DNA of 64,000 nucleotides from positions 44,020,001 through 44,084,000 of the forward strand of contig NC_088854.1 in assembly GCF_963853765.1 (NCBI RefSeq), read 5' to 3'. The stretch is from Magallana gigas. Its lineage: Eukaryota. Both the position numbers and the translations under genes were made by a program. Shown in pieces: positions 57,001 to 64,000 of the stretch; the stretch's first letter is position 1, and each line of letters starts with the position of its first letter. A model generated the notes under the pieces. It was not told the DNA's origin, did not search any database, and saw only the letters and a list, made by a program, of their open reading frames with translations.

Positions 57001-58411
57001 TGTTAGCAGTGCACTTAAAACTCTATTCAAAGGTAATTTTTGTTTTAAACTATAATTTTTATATGCTCTCCAAAAAAGAAGGAGTGGGGGAGGGGGGGGG
57101 GCACAACTCCTTCTTAATTCAAATTTAAGAAAACTGTTTGCTGCGAGAAAAACTTGGGGATGAATCCTTTGACACCCCCTCCCCCGATACCACCTGTCTG
57201 ATTTTTATTTACTCGTATGAAAGCGTATAATAATTTGTCTCGAAGTACCTGCAAAAATGTAATAGTAGTATGAGTTCTCTGTTATTTGGACATATCGGAC
57301 GCAGCGATATGGTACGTAGTCAAGGCCGAACACATTCAGATATTGGTTTGCTCTGGAAATAAATATTTAAAAAAACGATTCAGGTAAAGAATCGGTCTGA
57401 ATTCAATATAATACTTGACCATTGAAATGATTTGAATAGATCCAGCACTTTGCAACCATATTAATTAATATCAGATGAAAAATCAATGTAATACCCATTG
57501 AAACACTACTTTTGACGGGCTGGCTTGTGAAAGCCAAATGCAGATATTACTTTATTTTGCATTTGTAGCATGTAGAATAATGCAGCTCTAACGATCATTC
57601 CGTTTGTTATTGATCGTAATTATGAATCACATTTAAAAATACCAACGATTCTTCAGGTAGAATTACTTCTCTATTTGGATATTCTAATTTCCGTTTTTCA
57701 TTAAAATTGAGTACATTGAATTTTTGATATCAAAATTCAAAATAATAGTTCTTAAATCATACTTGTACATAATATAACCTGTGTGTGCTCATAATATCTT
57801 AATGAACTTGACTTGTCTACATTTTTGCATATATAGTAAAACTACTGCTCCATTGCAAGATTTTTTTTTACAAAGAATGCACACGTATGTATAGTCGTAT
57901 TCAACATTTTTTATTTTATTGATGTATAGCTTGTGTAAGTATTTTTTTCGCTCTCAAATTTATCTTAAAACATTCATGCATTTGAAACAATCAGATTCGG
58001 GGTAAATCAATTGCAAAACAGCTTCTGGAAAGGGTTTTGATTATTCCCAAGAGCTTGTAAAATAGCCAAACTAATGAAGACATTGAAAACTAGAATGAAA
58101 ACTTGTAAATAAATGCACTGTAAAATTAGCCTATAGGCCGAAACTATACTTACATAATACTGTTTTGTGAAAATAATATGAACCACGTTTTACTCTTAAA
58201 AAACTTTAATTCTTAATAGAGCACAACGTCTACCTGAACAGCAGGTAGTTGCTGGAGGTTTGATTGACACATGTCCAATCCGTGATGACTGAGGAGTACA
58301 CCTGGAGCCGCCACCCCGTCAGAGTCTGGGTAGAGTGCGAAAAGGTCAAGTCCCAGGATCCGCTATCCCACCACTGACCGTCCCAGGCAACAGGAAGTGT
58401 GCACGCACACC
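4258..58411 (-). CDS. Giant multi-exon type I membrane protein with 16 tandem Cys-rich ~280-aa modules (DUF7044/DUF7042-like), TM helix and cytoplasmic tail; could be 2-3 adjacent paralogous transcription units
   Basis: 112 module exons plus TM and terminal exons were placed by hand. All have AG/GT ends and consistent phases (A 1-2, B 2-1, C 1-1, D 1-1, E 1-0, F 0-1, micro 1-1). Summed CDS is ~14.2 kb with no internal stop. Only one TM exon and one terminal exon were found. The exons are well supported; the single-gene joining is inferred. Confidence 0.7.
4848..5039 (-). CDS. Transmembrane exon
   Basis: 192 nt, phase 1-1: FTTNVDESKPGEGIATGSVIGAVVGILLILIIAAVVGCIVFKYIKRKKTQHNDTQQKKPMSDE. A hydrophobic helix is followed by the basic stop-transfer KYIKRKK. 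AG/GT boundaries. Confidence 0.9.
5170..6630 (-). CDS. Module M16 (membrane-proximal)
   Basis: Exons A 6447-6630, B 6235-6338, C 6004-6141, D 5736-5915, E 5515-5627, F 5280-5400, micro 5170-5178. Motifs CTLPTNWDGDWYDSG, NAFRCIQW, KQWCPSPLLATFTY, HRFTCL. Confidence 0.9.
7278..9193 (-). CDS. Module M15
   Basis: A 9010-9193, B 8685-8788, C 8440-8577, D 8055-8231, E 7801-7913, F 7403-7523, 33-nt linker exon 7278-7310 (DSCIDKPTGSS). Confidence 0.88.
9317..11125 (-). CDS. Module M14
   Basis: A 10942-11125, B 10703-10806, C 10463-10600, D 9967-10140, E 9640-9752, F 9421-9547, micro 9317-9325. Confidence 0.9.
11405..13085 (-). CDS. Module M13
   Basis: A 12905-13085, B 12637-12740, C 12269-12406, D 12005-12181, E 11758-11870, F 11544-11664, micro 11405-11413. 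Confidence 0.9.
13233..14915 (-). CDS. Module M12
   Basis: A 14732-14915, B 14510-14616, C 14064-14201, D 13786-13962, E 13567-13679, F 13355-13475, micro 13233-13241. Confidence 0.9.
15048..16971 (-). CDS. Module M11
   Basis: A 16791-16971, B 16159-16262, C 15895-16038, D 15601-15777, E 15375-15487, F 15156-15276, micro 15048-15056. Confidence 0.9.
17825..18477. mobile_element. Tc1/mariner-like MITE (TA TSD)
   Basis: TA-CATTGGAGCCTCAGTTATCCGGACGC ... GCGTCCGGATATCTGAGGCCCCACTG-TA imperfect TIRs, with internal TCCGGA-rich subrepeats. Confidence 0.75.
19691..19778. repeat. Compound microsatellite (AAAT/CAAT)n(TA)n(GA)n
   Basis: Directly visible. Confidence 0.95.
20912..20966 (-). CDS. Internal signal-peptide (first coding) exon
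   Basis: ATG at 20966 is preceded by an in-frame TGA two codons upstream. Encodes 18 mostly hydrophobic residues MSLSVGLSLLCIISIHFA. Strong donor CTG|GTAAGT in phase 1, matching exon A. Confidence 0.8.
21955..23624 (-). CDS. Module M10
   Basis: A 23429-23624, B 23239-23342, C 22876-23013, D 22585-22761, E 22348-22460, F 22101-22221, micro 21955-21963. Confidence 0.9.
23728..27909 (-). CDS. Module M9 (C-D intron holds the satellite-bearing HINE)
   Basis: A 27726-27909, B 27448-27551, C 27217-27354, D 24353-24529, E 24132-24244, F 23856-23976, micro 23728-23736. Confidence 0.9.
24013..24058. repeat. (GA)n microsatellite
   Basis: Directly visible. Confidence 0.95.
24575..27130 (-). mobile_element. 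Non-autonomous Helentron (HINE) carrying a satellite array
   Basis: One end is AAACAAGAGGCCCATGGGCCACATCGCTCACCTG. The other end has the palindrome AGCTCACTTGAGCTTTCAGCTCAGGTGAGCT (27095-27125). Subterminal inverted repeat GCTCACCTG/CAGGTGAGC, a (GACG/GACA)n microsatellite at ~27016-27077, A/T-rich flanks. This is the typical oyster HINE layout. Confidence 0.85.
25335..26830. repeat. ~167-bp tandem satellite, ~9 monomers (Cg170-like)
   Basis: The unit ...TTAGTTTCTGAGAAGAAGATTTTTAAAGATTTACTCTATATATTCCTATGTAAAACTTCGACCCCCCATTGTGGCCCCACCCTACCCCCGGGGGTCATGATTTTCACAACTTTGAATCTACACTACCTGAGGATGCTTCC... recurs at ~164-173-bp intervals; the first unit has a deletion. Confidence 0.92.
28020..29961 (-). 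CDS. Module M8
   Basis: A 29778-29961, B 29570-29673, C 29345-29476, D 29084-29260, E 28621-28733, F 28167-28287, micro 28020-28028. Confidence 0.9.
28317..28492. mobile_element. Short Tc1/mariner-like MITE (TA TSD)
   Basis: TA-CAGTAAAACTCG ... CGAGTTTTGCTG-TA; the right TSD runs into (TA)n. Confidence 0.7.
28493..28564. repeat. (TA)n microsatellite
   Basis: Directly visible. Confidence 0.95.
30176..31962 (-). CDS. Module M7
   Basis: A 31791-31962, B 31570-31673, C 31282-31419, D 30844-31020, E 30552-30664, F 30291-30411, micro 30176-30184. Confidence 0.9.
32091..33742 (-). CDS. Module M6
   Basis: A 33559-33742, B 33365-33468, C 33099-33236, D 32813-32989, E 32607-32719, F 32194-32314, micro 32091-32099. 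Confidence 0.9.
34219..36397 (-). CDS. Module M5
   Basis: A 36214-36397, B 36009-36112, C 35533-35670, D 35268-35444, E 35043-35155, F 34550-34670, micro 34219-34227. Confidence 0.9.
36660..38702 (-). CDS. Module M4
   Basis: A 38525-38702, B 38311-38414, C 38041-38178, D 37665-37841, E 37201-37310, F 36906-37026, micro 36660-36668. Confidence 0.9.
42022..42590. repeat. Dispersed repeat, copy 2, interrupted by a MITE
   Basis: Same orientation as copy 1. Shares TGGCAAGTAGTTTCT, CATATGAATCATGTTG, CCAAGCAATAT and the 29-mer. Confidence 0.75.
42228..42333. mobile_element. Palindromic MITE
   Basis: TTCAACCAGAAGCTCGGCTGTCTCCGTTAATCTCC ... GGAGATTTACGGAGACAGCCGAGCGTCTGGTTGAA inverted repeat. Confidence 0.75.
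43410..43715. repeat. Poly-C/G-rich dispersed repeat; related inverted copy at ~56875-57190
   Basis: TTTTTCTCGCAGCAAAC here versus GTTTGCTGCGAGAAAAA at ~57136. Both copies have long C/G homopolymer runs. Confidence 0.5.
43901..44400 (-). mobile_element. Truncated HINE of the same family
   Basis: Same terminus AAACAAGAGGCCCATGGGCCACATTGCTCACCTG, followed by degenerate satellite monomer pieces (TTTGAATCTAC, CTACCTGAGGATGCTTC). Confidence 0.75.
44087..44171. mobile_element. 85-bp palindromic MITE-like insertion within the truncated HINE
   Basis: CTAGCTGCAGGTCTGTAGCTCTCGGTCTGAAAAAA ... TTTTTTCAGACCGGGAGCTACAGACCTGCAGCTAG is a near-perfect inverted repeat. Confidence 0.75.
45558..45681. mobile_element. 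Palindromic MITE
   Basis: AATAAGGAATCATTCTTTGAATATTATGAGGTGATAATTTCGGTCG ... CGACCGAAATTATCACCTCATAATACTCAAAGAATGATTCCTTATT, a ~45-bp inverted repeat. Confidence 0.8.
45911..46535. mobile_element. MITE with TAA flanks (PIF/Harbinger-like), copy 1
   Basis: TIRs GGTGGCAGGGGACAGT / ACTGTCCCTTGCTACC with TAA on both sides. Near-identical to 56095-56744. Confidence 0.8.
46550..46872. mobile_element. MITE with ~55-bp TIRs and a 9-bp TSD (Mutator-like)
   Basis: CAATCGCAACTTCTCGGGCCTTTCCGGCAGGCTCGGAAAAACACCTCGAATGTATTA and its inverse at ~46816-46872. Flanked by CAACAAGCA / CAGCAAGCA. Confidence 0.8.
47907..48042. repeat. (TA)n and (GA)n microsatellites
   Basis: (TA)n at ~47907-47981 and (GA)n at ~48011-48042. 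Confidence 0.95.
48305..50406 (-). CDS. Module M3
   Basis: A 50223-50406, B 49919-50022, C 49681-49821, D 49392-49568, E 49147-49259, F 48450-48570, micro 48305-48313. Confidence 0.9.
48640..48945. mobile_element. HINE-like fragment
   Basis: GCCGCCCGCCGCCC microsatellite followed by the terminal hairpin AACCGGATTTTTCCTTTGTAAAACCCGGTT and an A-run. The left boundary is approximate. Confidence 0.45.
51571..54177 (-). CDS. Module M2
   Basis: A 53994-54177, B 53603-53706, C 53116-53253, D 52599-52778, E 52196-52308, F 51937-52057, micro 51571-51579. Confidence 0.9.
54436..58411 (-). CDS. Module M1 (N-terminal)
   Basis: A 58234-58411, B 57249-57352, C 55459-55593, D 55074-55250, E 54803-54918, F 54549-54669, micro 54436-54444. 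Confidence 0.88.
55954..56862. mobile_element. Host MITE interrupted by the Harbinger-like MITE
   Basis: Terminal inverted repeats TAGAACCATTTTAACAAGAGCTTGGACTT / AAGTCCAAGGTCTTGTTAAAATGGTTCTA. Confidence 0.8.
56095..56744. mobile_element. MITE with TAA flanks (PIF/Harbinger-like), copy 2, nested in another MITE
   Basis: Same TIRs and TAA flanks as copy 1, with near-identical internal sequence. Confidence 0.8.
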
Positions 58412-59024
58412 CTAATGTTTGAAAAACAAACAACAAAAATACACTTTAAAGGTTTGAAAATATAGATGAATACAGTCGTACGTATAAAAATGAACCTTTT
58501 TTTAAGGTTTAAAAATGTAGATGAATACCAGTACGTAAAACTGCACTATTTTAAGGTTTCAAAATGTAAAAGAATACTCGTACGTGTAAATTGTATTTTC
58601 AATGAAACTTTAATTCGAAACGAACTCGGTTATATTTCAATGTTCATTGAATTGTTTGAAGAAAAATGTTATAACATCTTGTTTAGTTTGTGAATTTTCC
58701 ATAGATTGATAAATTGTGTATACATAAAGCGTTCAGTCCAGGTGCCCGTTCAATCGGGGTTTTTTTTTTACGAAGAAGTAATAAAAAATCTAATAGATAT
58801 TGAAGCGAGGCCGAAATTCTCAGAGATATCGAGGATGTAGGGTGCTTTATCTCAGTTAAACTTTGTTTTTCAATACACTCCCAAGCCTCCCTGTCTTTTG
58901 GAAGTGAATAAAAAAAAGTGTTACGAAAAAAAAGTTCGTTAAGCTGATACTGAGTTTAAAGTGAGAAATAGGGATGCAAAAGGATAATTTTTGAGATATA
59001 AGATCTGTAACGTTCATCACTTAC

Positions 59025-59083
59025 TTGCATGTACAAGAGATCAAAGCATAACACAGGGGAGCACAATGGAAATAAGTGCGCAT
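59025..59083 (-). CDS. Candidate 5' leader/signal exon of the long form
   Basis: Hydrophobic-coding stretch ending in ACAT GCAA GTAAGT. ATG at 59083 with a GC donor after 59029 gives MRTYFHCAPLCYALISCT (55 nt, phase 1), in frame with exon A of M1. The GT donor gives the wrong phase from this ATG. Confidence 0.35.
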
Positions 59084-62000
59084 AAAAGATGTATAATTTG
59101 TTTTGTTGTTTTAATTGAGTTGGGTACATTAAATAATTTGTGGTTTTGATATCGGTTTTGAAAAACTGGAATGAATTTTGTCCTTTTCTGACATTTTAGG
59201 AAAAATATGCTTTGAAAAACAAACCCCTTCCTCAAACACTACAAGATTTTCAATGTGGTCGGTGAAATAAAAGCAAACTTTTCAACAAAAATATTTTTAC
59301 GCATCGTTAGATATCAGATCACATTCGAAAACTTCCAAAGTTATACATTTAAGGAACTATCAAAATTAATTGCAATCACATGTATATCATAATTTATGTA
59401 GCAGCAAATCTGAAATTTACTTACATGTTGGCACCACTAGATAGACTAGAATTATCAAAAATTTAAACATCTCCGATTTTTTCCGTATCAGAATAATTTT
59501 CTTGATAGTTTTGTTTCCATGATCACTTTAAACAAATCCAGAAAAAAATGGATCACCCGAATCAAGCACGTAATCAGACTAGAAGAAAAAAACCGTGTTC
59601 ATCGACTAGAATAGTTATCACGAGACACCTTCGATTTTGTATCATTAAACTGCCATGCCCTTTAGTTTGCGTAAAGTGGCCCAACAGAGTAAGTTACTGC
59701 TCCACTGCTTGCATTCATGCACTTTAATGTTTTATATTATATCTTTTATTTCGTTCTTTTAGCTAGCTGCCCGTCGGTTGAACCGTCTCAATGTTTTTTT
59801 GTATGTCCGTCTTTCTTTTCGAATTTAAAAGGCTTTTAAAAAGTGAAATGGGATCGTTATTGAATTTTAAACAATAACAGACGTGTGTCATAATAGCGAC
59901 AACTTCTTTATTATTATTTTCAATACTTTATTAATACAATAAAATATATTAGGAAAAATGGAATGCAGATTAGAATACCGCACCTGATGATTTTTTTTAA
60001 AAAATTAACAATTAGTTATTCATTCAAAGAAATAAGCGACACAAACTGTAAGTTGCAGGACGAAGAAATGAAAGTTGTAGATCATCGAGTCATTATAACT
60101 ACAATCACAATCATAATTTACTGAACTGTGGTCCCGTTCTGATGTCACTGAAACCCTCAACATCCAAATGATAATTGCGAACACTAGTCATTCAAAGAAC
60201 AAGGGAATAAAGGGTATTCAGAGAGCGATGGACATAAAGATTTTTCTAGGTATTCCTAGAGCAATGGTACAGCAACCATCCAAATTGCAATACTACCAAA
60301 GATATTAGTTCTCGAAGAGCTTTGGGACATATAGTCGTAAATATTCAAAGAACAATAAACGACAACCATTTAAATCAGAGAGGAAGTATGATACCGGTAT
60401 TGAAATCGCGGTAAAGTTACAGATTTTAAAATAGAAATGAGACAGCAACCATCCAATTTTACAATACGATCAGATATACAAGTATTAATAAAAGCGATGC
60501 AACAGCAGCCTAACGAATAAAAAAATCAGAAACATTCATAGAGCAACTGGACAGCAACCATCCAAATTACAATAGGGTCAGAGGTACAATATTTGATTAA
60601 TACTAGTATATGAAGCAGTAACTGTTTATTTCATTCAAATTGCATAACGCTCAGAAAGAGCTAAGCGAAATGGAACAGTAACACCAAATTAAAACAACCC
60701 ACATTTGGGGGTAGAGGGGTGGGGTGTTTCTTGTTGGTTTGTTTCTTTTTTTTGGCCTCAAAACCAATTCGTCTGCGGACGCTAAACATAGAAAAAAACT
60801 TGGAATGGCCTAAATTACTAGCATCACATCAATTTTATTCAACACAGTTACTCCACATGCCATATCTGAAATGCTGCAATAGGATCACGCCCATTTAAAG
60901 TAAAGCAGTGCATGACCATCAACCCTAAAGGGATAATAGAGCGATAGAACCATATCTTGACAATCAAAACGCCTTTGGACGAAAAATAGGATAAAAGCTC
61001 TTTGAATTGCTGTCCTGAAACCATTTCAGATTTCTTTTAAATTCTCAGTCTGGCGTTTAATATATGCCATTGAGTTTACAAGGCATATTTTCAAGTTACA
61101 AAATGTATAGGTTTTTTTTGTATAGGCGCAGTTGTATGCTTGGATGTGTAAGTGAAGAGTTATCGTTCAAGGTTTAATTTAAAAAATGCTAAGTCTTGGG
61201 ATTAACTTAGATGCTTTATATCGACAAACGCGAGCAGCAACATGAATATTTCATATTACATTATGTACATTGTTGTAGAAAAATATCCTTCTTGTCGGGT
61301 TTTAAATTTCATTAGGCATACAATACGAGATATATCCACAGCACATTCGGCTGACAATTTTTGGGTGGAAAGAAATCCACAAGAGCATGTTACATAATGC
61401 TGGAACCATGACACGCACAATGTAATCACAGTTAGCGGTGTCGCAGAGTTCAAGCATCGATCAGCCGAGAGAAAAAGAGTTCGATATTACGTTCTGGATA
61501 TTCTGAAAAAGTCATTAAGTGGCGGTGTATTTAATTTAAATGAGAGTGGAATTCAATATCGAGTAATTTGCACATTGCGCCATAACATTACAATGGTATT
61601 TGATCTTGGTTTTCATAACTGCGCTCTGGTCCGTTACAACTTAAAAAGGAGAATGATGGTACTTTAAATCCCTGTTTATTAGATATCAAATTTCATACCC
61701 CAGAGATTGAAAAAAAAACATGATGACATGCAAATTGATTATCAAAATCACTGCATAGAACAAAAATATTTCTTTTATTATCGATAAACACATTGCTATG
61801 CGAAGAAGTCATTGAAAAGGCACATCACTTCAATAATCTTATCGTACCGTCCTGTTGCTATGCCAATGGGCTCAAATGGCCCTTCTAAATTCTTACACCC
61901 AGTTTGGTTATAATACACATTTTGTATGAAATATATCTGCGTATTTTTCCCTCGATAGTTAGAAGTTGGCACTTGCAGAAAAATTAGCCATTTCTTTAAC

Positions 62001-62694
62001 AACTTTCATTATTAAATTTAACCATAAAGAACTTTAAAACCAATTTAATTTTTGGAATGTACATGTAAAAGAAGTTTATTCACATATATGATATTGCGCA
62101 ATGGCCACAGTAAAGTGAACATCATGTCCTGACCTGTAATTCCTCACATAACGTACATTTGCTTAACAGTAAGGGATTTTTATATCTATCTTAAAACTAT
62201 TAATTACAAGTAATTAAGATACTTTAAAAATCAGTTAATGAAGAGTTTTACGTTGGAATGGTTCAATGCTCAAAATGGACAGAATCAACCCCCTCCCCTA
62301 TAAATCATCATTGAATTACAATTTCCTGAAAATATGCTCATCTTGTCATTGATTGCATATAAACGAGTTTCCAGAAATTCTATCCAGTTGGGTTTAGGAG
62401 GAGTTGCGATGACCAAAGAATCCACATGACTACCGGTAACTAAAGGTCTGACAGACTTATGAGTCAATCACCTTAAACCTTCTGCATCTCCCTGCGTGAA
62501 GTATATAATCATACAAACACAAACTCTTAACTACAAGATTATTAAAACAATTTTAATGAATATAAGTCATCTCTACAGTGTTTCAGTGCGATACCTTTAG
62601 AGAATCGAAATTTTTTGAGATTTTCTTTGCACAAGAAAGTGTCAACAGCTTTATTTCACAATAAATTACAACACAGTTCTCTGATAGAATTTCT

Positions 62695-63888
62695 TTATCT
62701 GTCCACTTCTCCAAACACAATATCCAGTGTTCCTGTTCAAACAAAGAAAACGGTGTAAGCACAAAATGAAATCAGATATCCTAATTATGTCTAATTCTCC
62801 TAGTGAATAATAAGCTTTTGAAGTTTGAAAGAGACACCAAATTACCAAAATAAGACGTTTTATAAAGTGATAAATTGCCTCCCCACTTAATCAAACATTA
62901 AGATTTAAGTTAAACATTACACAATGAAAATTTGCTTACCGATGATGGCCACTAAATCTGCCAACATGTGGTTTTTAGCAATGTGATCCAGTGCAGCCTG
63001 AAATCAATGAATAAAATCTACACTGATCTAAGCAGAATCTGATATCTTTAGGGGGTAGGAGAGCCTTTGGCATTTCAGCGTTGATGAGAGTAAAACATAT
63101 TCAAATTATAATTTCAATTTCAATATTTCAAAGAGTAAAATTTCTTTCCATAAAATGCATTCAAAAATACATGTACCTTTTACAAGATAAAATCCCCAGC
63201 CTGTTTGGAACTCATGACTTAATGATCAAAAGCTGATGCTTTGACCTATTACACCATGATGTTTGACAGACATATAGTGGACATGAACTAATATCAAGTT
63301 TAAGTTTACTTTTATCAATTTATTCAAAGACAGTATGTCACAAAATTGAGGTGTCCTGTACCCATTAATAAAAAATACTGCAACCTCTAGCAAGATAATA
63401 AGGCTTCAGAAATTTATGAAGTTCTGACACTGTTTTATCATTTCAAATCTTAATACAGTCAAACTTCGTTATCTCGAACTAGTTGGGACTGTTTAAAAAC
63501 TTCAAGATATCCGAGTATTTGAGATACTGAGGGTAAAATACTTAAAAAATAAGGGGTTGGGACTTACAAATCACTTCGTCATAACCATTGTATTCAAATA
63601 TCAGTGTTTGATATAGTTCAACTGTACATGTATGAAAGATACTATATTCCAAGATTACGGTACATGTTCCAGAAAGGAAAAATAAAATATCTCATAACAA
63701 AATGTTTTCAAGAACATATTAAAAACTGTAATATATTAGTATACATGCATTTTACATGTAAAAAATTCCCATGTTAACGTAGCCATAATCTAACAAGAGC
63801 TTACCAAATGAGCAAATCCAGGGGCCTTGATTTTACACCTGTATGGTTTGTTAGTTCCATCTGACACCAGGTACACTCCAAACTCACC
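62695..63888 (-). CDS. NDUFS2: NADH:ubiquinone oxidoreductase 49 kDa subunit (complex I), last three coding exons; gene continues beyond the window
   Basis: Exons 63805-63888 ([28 protein letters not shown]), 62940-62997 ([19 protein letters not shown]) and 62695-62732 ([12 protein letters not shown]). This is the highly conserved NDUFS2/NuoD C-terminus. GT-AG boundaries, consistent phases. Confidence 0.96.
63456..63624. mobile_element. Short Tc1/mariner-like MITE in an NDUFS2 intron
   Basis: TA-CAGTCAAAC ... GTTCAACTG-TA imperfect TIRs. Confidence 0.6.
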
Positions 63889-64000
63889 CTGTAATTAGAC
63901 AGATCACCTCTTTAAACATCACGAACGCAGCATCATACACTATTTTTTTTCTTGAACTTTCTCTCCAATCTGACACACATACATTCACCTTTCAAAATCA

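Noticed and set aside
62285-62467. 60-aa minus ORF downstream of NDUFS2
   Set aside because: No recognisable homology or splice context; probably 3' UTR or intergenic.

Overview
AT-rich (roughly one-third GC) eukaryotic genomic DNA, most likely from a Crassostrea/Magallana oyster (inferred from a ~167-bp Cg170-like satellite array inside a Helentron-derived HINE element). The ORF track shows only exon fragments. I reconstructed the minus strand by hand. It carries 16 tandem copies of a ~280-aa, 12-cysteine extracellular module. Every copy is encoded by the same 7-exon cassette: six exons (A-F) of 104-196 nt plus a Cys-encoding 9-nt microexon, which is 33 nt in one copy. All module exons have GT-AG boundaries, conserved phases and no stops or frameshifts. 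The array ends in one transmembrane exon and a Pro/Lys-rich cytoplasmic exon (stop at 4258). If spliced as one unit it is a ~4,750-aa, ~115-exon type I membrane protein spanning ~55 kb. An internal signal-peptide exon (20912-20966) would give a 6-module, 1,943-aa form, or marks a separate gene. The modules resemble my recollection of the invertebrate DUF7044/DUF7042 families (unverified). The last three exons of NDUFS2 lie at the right end (minus strand). Introns hold many MITEs, HINEs, microsatellites and one RTE-like LINE fragment.
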